Assembly: GCF_963921235.1 (NCBI RefSeq)
Contig: NC_086108.1
Location: forward strand, 13,516,001-13,580,000
Source of the DNA: Mobula hypostoma
Taxonomy: Eukaryota
Reading direction: 5' to 3'
DNA: 64,000 nt
Numbering within the stretch: position 1 is the first letter of the stretch; every line of letters begins with the position of its first letter. Positions 1 through 12,229 of the stretch are shown here, piece after piece. A model generated the notes under the pieces. It did no database searches. It saw nothing but the letters and a program-made list of their open reading frames with translations, and was not told the DNA's origin. The position numbers and the translations under genes were made by a program.

Positions 1-496
1 TGCCATCCCAGGAATCAATCTGGTGAACCTTCTTTGTACTCCCTCTAAGGCAAGGATGTCTTTCCTCAGATTAGGGGACCAAAACTGCACACAATACTCC
101 AGGTGTGGTCTCACCAAGGCCTTGTACAACTGCAGTAGTACCTCCCTGCTCCTGTACTCGAATCCTCTCGCTATAAATGCCAGCATACCATTCGCCTTTT
201 TCACCGCCTGCTGTACCTGCATGCCCACTTTTAATGACTGGTGTATAATGACACCCAGGTCTCATTGCACCTCCCCTTTTCCTAATCGGCCACCATTCAG
301 ATAATAATCTGTTTTCCCATTTTTGCCACCAAAGTGGATAACTTCACATTATCCACATTAAATTGCATCTGCCATGAATTTGCCCACTCGCCCAACCTAT
401 CCAAGTCACCCTGCATCCTCTTAGCATCCTCCTCACAGCTAACACTGCCACCCAGCTTCGTGTCATCCGCAAACTTGGAGATGCTGCATTTAATTC
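1..496 (-). mobile_element. CR1 LINE ORF2 (RT) fragment, young subfamily, runs off the window start
   Basis: Antisense reads KFADDTKLGG...LVRPHLEYCVQFWSP. Near-identical to about 3342-3836 and 46972-47467. Confidence 0.93.
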
Positions 497-819
497 AATG
501 ATTTCCTTCCACTAGTCATGAATGTTTCATTAAAAGGCCAGACTCGAGTGAAGTACAGGGGATGACAAACTTGAAGAACCCACAAAATGAGGGACACTAG
601 TCACTTTTGAAATAGCCTGAACATGAACTGACCATCAAGCTGGTGACAAGAAACTAACCGGGTGCTAACTGCAGTGAAAGCACTGATGATGGCTATGAGC
701 TCAACCTCTGAGTGTGGAGAAACACAATTCTGCCTGCATTTTGCAGACACCACTGCCAAACATTGAGCAGCAACCTGTTAGCTTTAAAGAGATACTCCAC
801 ACTCACAGGACATGAGGTA

Positions 820-1695
820 CAACAATGTAACACAATGTCCATATCCCTCCCTTTTCCTCACAGTCACATGTCTATCCAAATGTCCCTTAAAAGTCCCTAA
901 TGTTTCCGCATCTACCACCAACACAGGCAGCGCATTCCAGGCACCCAACACACTCTGCATTAGAAAAAACTTGCTCTTCGTGTCTCCTTTGAAATTACCA
1001 CCTCTCACCTTCAATGCATGCTCTCTGGTATTAGCTATTTCAAGCCTTGGAAAACGTATTGTTTGCCTACTCCATTGATGCCTCTCATAACCTTACGAAC
1101 CTCAATCAGATCTCCCCTTAGCCTCTGCCGCTCCAGAGAAAATAACCCAAGTTTGTCCAATCGCTCATTATACCACATGCCCTTTAATCCAGGCAACATC
1201 CTGGTAAACCTTTTCTGCACACCCTCCAAAGCCTCGACATCCTTCCTATAATGGACCAACACTCCAGAAGTGGCCATACTAGAGTTTTATAAAGCTAACT
1301 TCCTGACTAGTAAAGGCAAGCATGCCATCTGCCTTCCTGACCACCCTGTCCACCTTTGCAGCCACTCTCAGGGAGCTAAGAACTTGGACCTCAAGATCCC
1401 TCTGCTCATCAACACTATTAGGAGTCTGAACAATGTACTGTCTCTTCACATTTGACCTACCAAGATGCAACACTACAGATTTGGCTGTGTTAAACTACAT
1501 CTGCCATTTCACTGCCATTAACTGCAACTGTGTCTTTATCACATTGTATCCTTTGCCAGTCTTCTACACAATCTACAACACCAGCAATCTTCATATCATC
1601 TGCAAATTTACTAATCCAAGCATCTACATTTTAAACCAGGTTATATATACACAACACAAACAACAGAGGTGCCAGTACAGGTCCCTGCGGACCAC
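820..1695 (-). mobile_element. Degraded CR1 LINE 3' portion
   Basis: YRKDVEALEGVQKRFTRMLPGL...RLRGDLIEV in ORF 1035..1277, with frameshifts. Confidence 0.85.
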
Positions 1696-2590
1696 TAACG
1701 CCATTCTCTCTAAGTTGCATGGGTATGCGGCCGCGCAGTAACTGAAATGCTTCTGTGCACATAGCCTTCGTTGCCACACAGCTGGAATTTTCTTTGATAT
1801 AACGTTAATGTAATTTTGAAATCTCTGTTAATATAGTTGTGAAATACTCTGTAATTACATATTAATTAATATAATCCATGAGTTTTCTAAATAATAAACA
1901 TACCACAACCTTTACTTTGAAACATTTTGGAGCTTCAATGTATTTACATTATCAGTGTTTCAAATTACAACACTTACAAGTTGTAACAATAAACACAGAA
2001 TGGAAGTTGGCAATTTATCTATATGCTACTAAAACTCTCATGCTCTGTCTCTGACCTCCAATTAGCGCACACGGTGCATTACAGCGGCACCTTTTTTGGC
2101 TAAATCAAATTAAAATGCGCTAACTTACAGTATGCAGGCAAAGTTCAGGGTTATGTATTCGTATAAAATTGCTCATTCGCCAAAAATCAACAGGCTGGCT
2201 TTCACCCGAGACACGATCCGCCATCATGGAAATCGGGACACGACAGCCCAACGCATGCGCACGGCCAGCCTCAGCAGCAACACCTACTGGAGCAAAAGGG
2301 CAGGGCAGCTGTATTTCGAGGGCTCACATTCAACTAATCACCATCAGTATGTGTAGGATTGGGACAGCTCTAACTGCCACCCATCAATAAGAGATAATTA
2401 AATCTTATTGTAATGATGTACTTCGAGACACCCATAAGACCCTTTACTGCAGTCAAAGGACAGCAGTGACTATATCATGTCCATTTAGGAGAGTGCCAAA
2501 CACATCATCAAGAATAATCAGCATCCTTTGGTGTTACTGCTTCGTATCTTCTATCCAGCATTAGGGTAAAAAAAAATGATCAGCCTAATT

Positions 2591-4187
2591 CTGCCACGTG
2601 GAAAGGAAAGGGGGACAGTATGGTCAAGAGATAACGCCAAACATCGTTGGGAAGCGGCAAGGAGAGGAAGAGAACAAGAATCGGATGAGGCCGGGGCCGC
2701 ACAACTCCAGGATCAATGAGTCAGGACAAAAAGTGATGAGAGAAGAGACAGAGGAGGAGAAGCATGCACATCTCCAGGATCAGAGACAAACAACAAACAG
2801 CAGAAGAGCTGAAGGGACGGGGGATGAAAGGGCTGCACGTCTCCAGAATGACAAAAACAGGCACAGAAGGAGGAGAGAGGAAACATAGAAACATAGAAAA
2901 TAGGTGCAGGAGTAGGTCATTCGGCCCTTCGAGCCTGCACTGCCATTTATTATGATCATGGCTGATCATCCAACTCAGAACCCCGCCCCAGCCTTCCCTC
3001 CATACCCCCTGATCCCCGTAGCCACAAGGGCCATATCTAACTCCCTCTTAAATATAGCCAATGAACTGGCCTCAACTGTTTCCTGTGGCAGAGAATTCCA
3101 CAGATTCACCACTCTCTGTGTGAAGAAGTTTTTCCTCATCTCGGTCCTAAAAGGCTTCCCCTTTATCCTCAAACTGTGACCCCTTGTTCCGGACTTCCCC
3201 AACATCGGGAACAATCTTCCTGCATCTAGCCTGTCCAATCCCTTTAGGATTTTATACGTTTCAATCAGATCCCCCTCAATCTTCTAAATTCCAATGAGTA
3301 CAAGCCCAGTTCATCCAGTCTTTCTTCATATGAAAGTCCTGCCATCCCAGGAATCAATCTGGTGAACCTTCTTTGTACTCCCTCTATGGCAAGGATGTCT
3401 TTCCTCAGATTAGGGGACCAAAACTGCACACAATACTCCAGGTGTGGTCTCACCAAGGCCTTGTACAACTGCAGTAGTACCTCCCTGCTCCTGTACTCGA
3501 ATCCTCTCGCTATAAATGCCAGCATACCATTCGCCTTTTTCACCGCCTGCTGTACCCGCATGCCCACTTTTAATGACTGGTGTATAATGACACCCAGGTC
3601 TCGTTGCACCTCCCCTTTTCCTAATCGGCCACCATTCAGATAATAATCTGTTTTCCTATTTTTGCCACCAAAGTGGATAACTTCACATTTATCCACATTA
3701 AATTGCATCTACCATGAATTTGCCCACTCACCCAACCTATCCAAGTCACTCTGCATCTTCTTAGCATCCTCCTCACAGCTAACACTGCCACCCAGCTTCG
3801 TGTCATCCGCAAACTTGGAGATGCTGCATTTAATTCCCTCATCCAAGTCATTAATATATATTGTAAACAACTGGGGTCCCAGCACTGAGCCTTGCAGTAC
3901 CCCACTAGTCACTGCCTGCCATTCTGAAAAGGTCCCGTTTATTCCCACTCTTTGCTTCCTGTCTGCTAACCAATTCTCCATCCACACCAATACCTTACCC
4001 CCAATACTGTGTGCTTTAAGTTTGCACACTAATCTCCTGTGTGGGACCTGAAGAGACAAAGGAGCTGAGAAATGCACGTCTCCAGGATCAGAGAAAAACA
4101 ACAAACAGCAGAAGAGATGAAGAGACGGGGGATGAAAGGACCGCATGTCTCCAGAATGACAACGAGAGGCACAAGGATGGCAGATAA
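2591..4187 (+). pseudogene. Decayed STPR-like (23-aa repeat) coding remnant inside the Helitron, split by a CR1 at about 2883-4049
   Basis: Repeats ESDEAGAAQLQDQ*VRTKVMRE (degenerate, frameshift) / ETEEEKHAHLQDQRQTTNSRRAE / GTGDERAARLQNDKNRHRRRREE / ETKELRNARLQDQRKTTNSRRDE / ETGDERTACLQNDNERHKDGR*. Confidence 0.7.
2883..4049 (-). mobile_element. 5'-truncated young CR1 LINE inserted in the Helitron
   Basis: 3' tail (TTCTATGT)n at the left end. RT C-terminal half in ORFs 3709..4146, 3265..3708 and 2975..3238. GAA is present at both junctions. Confidence 0.95.
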
Positions 4188-4409
4188 ACCAGAAATGATG
4201 CCATCAGAAGTGTCCTTTGTTAAACGAGGAGGAACTATATCTGCTTTGCTATGCATCGTTCTTCTTCAATAAACTGAGGTTTTCTACTTCAGTTTCCAAA
4301 GCAAAGCGGTACCAATAGCATTCAGGAAAATTTAATGTTCATTCTGGTCACATCAGACTGCACTACCCTTCTCTCAAAGGGCGCCCCAATGGGTCACCCC
4401 ATTGTCTAG

Positions 4410-4625
4410 TAAGATTATAAGAGGCATGGATAAAGTAGATAGCTGGTAGCTTTTTCCCGGGTTTGATGGGTCTAATACTACAGGCCGTGCATTTAAGATG
4501 TGAGAAGGTAAACTGAAAGGTGTGTGGAACGAGATTTTATTTTATACACAGAAAGTGTTGTGTGCTTGGGATGCACTGCCTGCAGTGGTGGAGGAGGCAG
4601 ATACAACAGAGGTGTTAAAGAGGCT
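4410..4625 (+). mobile_element. Degraded CR1 3' fragment
   Basis: aagattataagaggcatggataaagtagatag...ttttatacacagaaagtg resembles the CR1 ORF2 end. Confidence 0.7.
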
Positions 4626-4656
4626 GAATGAAGGGTCTTGACCAAAATCATTGACT

Positions 4657-4760
4657 GTTAGTCCTGACGAAGGGTCTCGGCCTGACACGTCGACTGCGCC
4701 TCTTCCTATAGATGCTGCTTGGCCTGCTGTGTTCAACCAGCAACTTTGATGTGTGTTCAT
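4657..4760 (+). mobile_element. Short Penelope-derived terminal repeat with a mutated hammerhead core
   Basis: AGTC-CTGACGA-AGGGTCTCGGCCT-GACAC-GTC-GACT (GAAAC changed to GACAC). Same family as the 13696, 29463 and 40803 copies. Confidence 0.75.
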
Positions 4761-4884
4761 TGACTGTCCAGTTAGTCAGATTCGTACAGCATGGAGAAAT
4801 GCTCTACAGTCCAACTCATTTATGCCTATTATGTTGTCCAGCACGCTAGTTCCATCTACCTCATACATTTGGCGCTATCTCTTA

Positions 4885-5420
4885 CATCATGTGAAATGTA
4901 TTGTTTTGTGACACCAGTGCAGTACAGGATAAAAAGTTATTATTAATTACAAAATAAATAAGTAGTACAAAACAATAAATGACAATGTAGTGCTCAGGGT
5001 TCAATGTCCATTCAGAAATTTGCTGGCAGAGCAGAAGAAGCTGTTTCTAAATTATTGAGTGTGAGTCTTCAGGCTCCTGGACCTCCTCCTCAGTGGTATT
5101 AGTGAGAAGGGGGGATCATCTGGATGGCCAGCCTCCCTAGAGATGGATGCCGTCCTCTTGAGGCATTGACTCTTGAAGATGTCTTCAATGGCGGGAAGGG
5201 TTTTGTCTATGATAGAGCCAACTGTCCTCTTGTGATACCGCAGTGGAGCCTCGAATCAGGCTTTGATGCCACATGTCAGAATGCTCTCCACGAGACATCT
5301 ATAGAAGTTTTCAAGACATCTCAAACACTTAACAAAGCAGAGTCACTGGTGTGTTTTCCTTGTCATTGCATTAATGTGTTGGGCCCAGCCCTTTGAGATG
5401 TTGACACTCTTTCCACAAGT
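4885..5420 (-). mobile_element. Rex/Babar-type LINE 3' fragment
   Basis: ctggcagagcagaagaagctgtttct...ttcaggctcctg matches the Rex-type 3' region also seen at about 31900 and, on the opposite strand, at about 8480 and 44130. Confidence 0.65.
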
Positions 5421-5479
5421 GATGCAAGTGAGCTCAAGACATACAGTGATTGACTCTACTATTCACTATATGTCTTTCC

Positions 5480-6300
5480 TTCATTAGATCTCTGAAAAAG
5501 CAATACCTCACATTTATCTGGATAGAAAACCATTTGCCACTCCTCAGTCCATGTACCCAATTGATAAAGACTTCCCCCACTCCCTGTAATTTTTCATAAT
5601 CTTCTACTGCCTACAACACATCTTTTAATACTGTCTGAAAAAAGACCAACCATGCCTCGTACATTCACATGCAAATCAGTTATATAAATTAAGAACACAA
5701 AGATCGCAGAACCAATCCATGTAGCACACTACTAGACACTGGCCTCCAATCCAAGAGCAAGCCTCTTCTTCATCTCCCTCTCCTTCCAAACACTAGGTCA
5801 ATTATGACTCAAATCACTTTCTCCTGCAGGATCCCATGCTAATATTCAAGACCAGCCTGCCATGGGGGACCTTGTCAAAAGCATTGTTAACATCCATATA
5901 TACAACATCCACTGCTCTATCTTTTTGGTTACATCCTTGAAGAACCTCAAGAGGCTTGTCACAAATGACTTCCCACACCCAAAGCCATTCTGACTATCCC
6001 AAATAAGACCCTATCCCTCAGAATCCCCTCCAGAAACCTTCTCCTTAGTAATAGCAACTGCACTCACTCCAGTCCACTGACACGGTGAAAACTGACGCAA
6101 AATACTTATTAAGTTCATCCATCATTTCTTTGTCCCCCATTACTACCTCTCCAGATCCTTCCAGCAGGATGACTAGAGTGAGGGTAGGACTGATCAGGGA
6201 TAGAAGAGGACATCTGTACCTGGAGTCAGGGGAAGTAGGGGAAAACTTAATGAATACTTTGCTTCAGTATTCACCAGAGGAAAGGACCTTGATCCAAGAT
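5480..6300. mobile_element. Mosaic of old CR1 fragments (mostly minus strand, last ~130 bp plus strand)
   Basis: gggaccttgtcaaaagcattg (AFDKVP antisense) and aatgaatactttgcttcagtattcacc (NEYFASVFT sense). Confidence 0.65.
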
Positions 6301-6499
6301 GGAGCTGGCACTACACAGTGACATTTTGTAGGGAGCTCACAACACCTTCAGAATATTTTTTTCACTGCAATCGGCATCCTGTAATTTTCCTTCAAGAAAT
6401 GTACTTTTGAACCATGTAAGTGCAGTAGTAATTTTACGATCTCCTAAAGGACTTAGCAAATTTGACAGTCAGGAATGCAGCTACAGCACCTGGAAGTGG

Positions 6500-8890
6500 C
6501 TGTATGTCTGGCATCACAGGCAAAGAGGGAGCCGCAAGGATCTTCAGTTCCTAACGAAGCGATGGGGAACACGGCCACCACTATCTAACAACCTCCTGGG
6601 CAATGCACAGTCAGTGGTAGAAGGTAGAGGACTTAAGGGCAATATCGCTGTATCAGAGAGAAATGAGGGATTGCTGTGTTCTCTATTTCACTGAGACATG
6701 GCGCACCCACACCTCCTCCCTCCACACTCAGGATACAGCCCTCCAGGCTGAGGAGATCTCAATCCACCAGATGAACCAGATGGCAGCATCAGGAAAGACA
6801 GAGGCAACAGTGTCTGCTTTGTGATGCTCAGACATAGCAGTCTTATCTCACTCTTGCTCTCCTGACCTGGAGCATCTAATGATTAAGACTGCTGTATTTA
6901 CTGAGAGAGTTCTCCGACACGATCCCAATTGCAGTTTACATACTGCCAAAGGCAGATCTCAAGCCAGCATAAGGTATATTGAGTGCTACGGTTAACAAAC
7001 AAGAAACAGGCTACCCTGATGCCTTTTACATTTTTGCTGGGGACTTCATTCAGGCTAGCTTGAAGAAATCTCTGCCCAACTAACATTAGCACAACACGTG
7101 CAGCATGAGAGGACTCAACACAGTCGACCACGCTACAGGATGATCAAGAATGCCTACCATTCCGTCCTTCGACCACATTTCATTTCATCTGACTACCTGG
7201 CTATCCTGTATTCATACAGGCAGAGGCTAAAGAGCAAGGCACTAACAAGTAGTTACAGGAGGAAGAGAAGCAGCTACAAGAATGCTTCAGGTCAGTGGAC
7301 TAGGCCACGTTCATCAGAAGACCTGAATGAATGTGCCACATTGTCATGGACTTCTTAAAGAAACTCATAGATGAGTATGTCCCCACGAAATCATTCAGTC
7401 TTCGCCAACTGGAAGCCCTAGACGAACCAAAAGATTCACAACTTGACGATGGCCAGATCAGTGGCAACTGAGGAAAGTACAAGAAGTCCAGAATACCATT
7501 GCAAAGTGGCAAATCCAGACCAAACCTGAATCACAGAAGGGTGCTCAACTTTAAAGATTTGATATGATCAAGGTGGAGAGGTTTGGTAACTTTAAACTCC
7601 TCAGTGTTGTCAGTTCAGAGGATCTATCCTGGGTCCAGCACATTATTGCCTTTATGAAGAAAGCATTGGAGGACCGTGACTCCCTTAGAAGTTTGTGAAG
7701 ATTTGGCATGACGGTTAAAACTTATAGATGTATAGTGGTTGTCCATTGTGTTTGACAGTGACAGGAAATCTGTGCAGATGAGTTTTTAAAGTGGAAAAGC
7801 TGTTGTACTGGGGCAGTTCCACTCTCTCGACCTCAGAAGTCCGGGTCCAGTGGTGCAAAAAAGTTTCACAAACTGGGTTCTTCCTTGGTTAGAGTGGATG
7901 ACCATGACTTTTTTCTTGTGCCTTGTCATGCCCTTCACTCTCCACAGAGCGGTGCAGTACTGCTTTCCTGGTCATTCGATCTCACTGTAGATCTTACCCG
8001 GCCAGTCTGCTCCCTAACTCACTGGGGGATGAAGCCGCCAGCAACCCTCACCTGGTTTAGCCTGCCTGTTGAAGCGATGTACTGGGGCACAACTGCTGAC
8101 GCATGCAAACACCTCTTTGTAGCCTCAGGTGAGAGCTGAGTGTCTGGTGGGGGCCAAAGGTGAGTGAGCTGCCCCAGAATGGACAAGATAAGCCCTCCAG
8201 AGCCAGAAGTGCTGCCCCTCTGTAGACACCCCATACATCTATAGATATGCGATGGAGAATATATTGACTAGTTGCATCATGGCCTGGTATGAAAACACCA
8301 ATGCCTTTGAACAGAAGAGCCCACAAAAAGTGGAGGATATAGCCCAGTCCATCACAGTTAAAACCCTTCCCACTTCCCACATGTATTCCCACTATAGATG
8401 AAGGGCTGTTGAATGAAAGCTTCATTCATCATCAAGGACCCCCACTATCCAGGCATGTTTTCTTCTCGCTTTTGCCATCAGGAAGAACTTATGGGAGCTT
8501 CAGGACTCTTGCCACCAGGTTCAGGCACACATATTACCCCTCAACCATCAGGCTCTTGAACCAGAGAGGATAATTTCTCTCAACTTGATGTGCCCCATCA
8601 TTGAAATGTTCCCACAACCTATGGACTCATTCTCAAGGACTCTTCATCTCATGTTCTCAATATTTAATGCTTATTTATTATTATTTCTTTTTTTCCTTTT
8701 TGTAAATATTTACAGTTTGTTGTCTTTTGCACATTATTTGTTTGTCCTGTTAGGGGCAATCTTTGATTCTACTGTGCTTCTTGTATTTACTGTGAATACC
8801 CACAAGAAAACATACAGTATGTCACCAGAGACAACCTTGAGATTTATGTACTTCGATAATAAATTTACTTTTAATTTTGAACTTTGAACT
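6500..8890 (+). mobile_element. Degraded Rex/Babar-type LINE (endonuclease and RT remnants), with an unrelated repeat inserted at about 7730-8239
   Basis: AGDFIQASLKKSL endonuclease remnant, gtggagaggtttggtaactttaaactcctc (VERFGNFKLL), tail aataaatttacttttaattttgaactttgaact. TATAGAT occurs on both sides of the insert. Confidence 0.7.
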
Positions 8891-8894
8891 CGAG

Positions 8895-11800
8895 GTGAAC
8901 CAATATCGTTTAGGGTAAATTTGCTAGAGGTATTGGGAAGGGTTAAACCTTGTTCGGGGTGAGGATGAATTGTACAAAAGGGACAGGTTGCACCTTAATA
9001 AGCAGGGCACCAGCATTCTGGCAGGCAGGTTTGCCTCTGCAACATGAGGTGTGTTTAAACTAAGTAGTGGGGGGAGGGGATGAACTGGTAACATAAGGAT
9101 GGAGATAAAGGGAAAGTGAGAATAAGAAAAGTTAAGAAAGATAGCAGAATCAACAGAGCAGAAAGCTCAAGAAGGGATCGTACAGTATGGCCAAGTGAAA
9201 TAGGAATTGATATGGGAGGTGAGGGGAGTAATGAATTAAAAGTATTGTATATGAATACACGGAAATAAAGTGGATGAGCTTGAGGCACAGTTGGAAATTG
9301 GTAATTATGATGTTGTGGGAATAACAGAGACATGGCTTCAAGTGGACAGGGCCTGGGAAATGAATATTCAAGGATATACGTCCTATCGAAAGGACAGACT
9401 GATGGGCAGAGGGGGTGGGGTGGCTCTGTTAGTGAGGAATGATATTCAGTCCCTTGTAAGGGGGGGGCATAGAATCAGGAGACGTAGAGTCAGTATGGAT
9501 AGAACTGAGAAATTGTAAGGGTAGAAAGACCCTAATGGGAGTTATCTACAGGCCCCCAAACAGTAGTCTGGATGTAGGGTGTAAATCGAATCAAGAGTTA
9601 AAATTAGCATGTCGCAAAGGTAATGCTACCGTTGTTATGGGGGATTTCAACATGCAGGTATACTAGAGGAATCAGGTTGGTGCTGGACCCCAAGAAAGGG
9701 AGTTTGTGGAGTGCCTCCGAGATGGATTCTTAGAACAGCTTGTACTGGAGCTGACCAGAGAGAACGCAATTCTAGATTTAGTGTTGCGCAATTAACCGGA
9801 TTTGATCAGGGACCTCGAGGTAAAGGAGCCATTAGGAGGTAGTGACCATAATACGATAAGTTTTAATCTACAATTTGAGAGGGAGAAGGGAAACTCAGAA
9901 GTGTCAGTATTACAGTTGAACAAAGGGAACTATGGTGCTATGAGGGAGGAGCTGGCCAAAGTTCAATGGAAGAATACCCTAGCAGGGATGACAGTGGAAC
10001 AGCAATGGCAAGTGTTTCTGGGAATAATGTGGAAGGTGCAGGATCAGTTCATTCCAAAGAGGAAGGAAGATCCTAAGGGGAGTAAGGGGAGGCCATGGCT
10101 GACAAGGGAAGTAATGGACAGTATAAAAATAAAAGAGAAGAAGTATAACCTAGCAAAGACGAGTGGGAAGCCAGAGGATTGGGAAACTTTTAAAGAGCAA
10201 CAGAAGGTAACTAAAAAGGCAACATGCGGAGAAAAAATGAGGTACGAAGGTAAACTAGCCAAGAATATAAAAGAGGGTAGTAAAAGCTTCTTTAGGTATG
10301 TGAAAAGGAAAAAAATATTTAAGACCAAAATTGGGCCCTTGAAGACAGAAACGGGTGAATTTATTATGGGGAACAAGGAAATGGCAGACGAGTTGAACAG
10401 GTACGTTGGATCTGTCTTCACTAGGGAAGACACAAACAATCTCCCAGATATAATACAGGCCAAATGACCTAGGGTAATGGATGAACTGAAGGAAATTTAT
10501 ATTAGGCAGGAAATGGTGTTGGATAGACTGTTGGGTCTGAAGGCTGATAAGTCCCCGGGACCTGATGGTCTGCACCCCAGGGTACTTAGGGAGGTGGCTT
10601 TATAAATCATGGATGCATTGGTAATCATTTCCAATGTTCTATAGATTCAGGATCAGTTCCTGTGGATTGGAGGGTGGCTAATGTTGTCCCTCTCTTCAAG
10701 AAGGGAGGAAGAGAGAAAATAGGGAATTATAGGCCAGTTAGCCTGACGTCGGTGGTGGGAAAGATGCTGGAGTCAATTATAAAAGATGAAATTACGACAC
10801 ATCTGGATAGCAGTAACAGGATCGGTCCGAGTCAGCATGGATTTATGAAGGGGAAATCGTGCTTGACTAATCTTCTGGAATTTTTTGAGGATGTAACTAT
10901 GAAAATGGACAAGGGAGAGCCAGTGGATGTAGTGTACCTGGACTTTCAGAAAGCCTTTGATAAAGTCCCACATAGGAGATTAGTGGGCAAAATTAGGGCA
11001 CATGGTATTGGGGGCAGAGTATTGATATGGATTGAAAATTGGCTGGCTGACAGAAAACAGAGTAGCGATTAATGGGTCCCTTTTGGAATGGCAGGCGGTG
11101 ACCAGTGGGGTACCGTAGGGTTCAGTGCTGGGATCACAGCTGTTTACAATATATATTAATGATTTAGATGAGGGAATTAAAAGTAACATTAGCAAATGTG
11201 CAAATGACACAAAGTTGGGTGGCAGTGTGAAATGTGAGGAGAATGTTATGAGAATGCAGGGTGACTTGGACAGGCTGGGTGAGTGGGCAGGTGCATGGCA
11301 GATGCAGTTTAATGTGGATAAGTATGAGGTTATCCACTTTCGTGGTAAGAACAGGAAGGCAGATTATTATCTAAATGGAGTCAAGTTAGGAAAAGGGGAA
11401 GCACAACGAGATCTAGGTGTTCTTGTACACCAGTCACTGAAAGCAAGCATGCAAGTACAGCAGACTGTGAAGAAAACTAATGGCATGCTGGCCTTCATAA
11501 CAAGGGGGATTGAATATAAGAGCAAAGAGGTCCTTCTGCAGCTGTACAGGGCCCTGGTGAGACCACACCTGGAGTACTGTGTGCAGTTTTGGTCTCCAAA
11601 TTTGAGGAAGGACATTCTTGCTATTGAGGGAGTGCAGTGTAGGTTCACAAGGTTAATTCCCGGGATGGCCGGACTATCACATGTCGAAAGATTGGAGCAA
11701 CTGGGCTTGTATACTCTGGAATTTAGAAGGATGAGAGGGGATCTTATTGAAACATATAAGATTATTAAGGGATTGGACATGCTGGAGGCAGGAAGCATGT

Positions 11801-12117
11801 TCCCGCTGATGGTTGAGTCCAGAACCAGAGGCCACAGTTTAAGAATAAGGGGTAGGCCATTTAGAACGGAGTTGAGGAAAAACTTTTTCACCCAGAAAGT
11901 GGTGGATATATGGAATTCTCTGCCCCAGAAAGCTGTGGAGGCCAAGTCTTTGGATGCTTTCAAGAGAGAGATGGATAGAGCTCTTAAAGAGCGGAATCAA
12001 AGGTTATGGGGACAAGGCAGGAACTGGATATTGATTGTGGATGACCAGCCATGATCACAGTGAATGGCGGTGCTGGCTTGAAGGGCTGAATGACCTACTC
12101 CTGCACCTATTGTCTAG
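8895..12117 (+). mobile_element. CR1 LINE: 3' end of ORF1 (esterase-like) plus nearly full-length but frameshifted ORF2 (APE endonuclease + RT)
   Basis: YDVVGITETWL, GDFN, SDHN, NYRPVSLTSVVGK, YLDFQKAFDKVPH in ORFs 9270, 9802, 10662 and 11125. 3' end cctgcacctattgtcta. Confidence 0.95.
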
Positions 12118-12229
12118 AGTCTATAGGAAGCAGAATGAAAGGTGTGTTGATGGGGTAGTTGGTATACATAGATGCAGCATGAAGAGAGAATATAAGGAAG
12201 GGTAGACAGTTGACAGGGCAAAATCGTAG

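Larger units (their letters stand above)
2018..4409 (+). mobile_element. Non-autonomous Helitron (rolling-circle transposon), interrupted by a CR1
   Basis: 5' A|TCTATATGCTACTAAAACTCTC at 2018. 3' hairpin CAATGGG-tcac-CCCATTG (4387-4404), then CTAG|T (4406-4409). Sits between A and T with no TSD. Contains decayed 23-aa repeat coding sequence. Confidence 0.75.

Noticed and set aside
1700..2017. Possible hAT-like transposon end (ctctaagttgcatgggtatgcggccgcgcag)
   Set aside because: Only one putative terminus; no partner TIR or TSD found.
2690..4187. CRISPR-like repeat/spacer array (recurring ctccaggatca / ctccagaatga)
   Set aside because: The 69-bp period is a coding tandem repeat with homologous intervening sequence. 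The context is eukaryotic and there are no cas genes.
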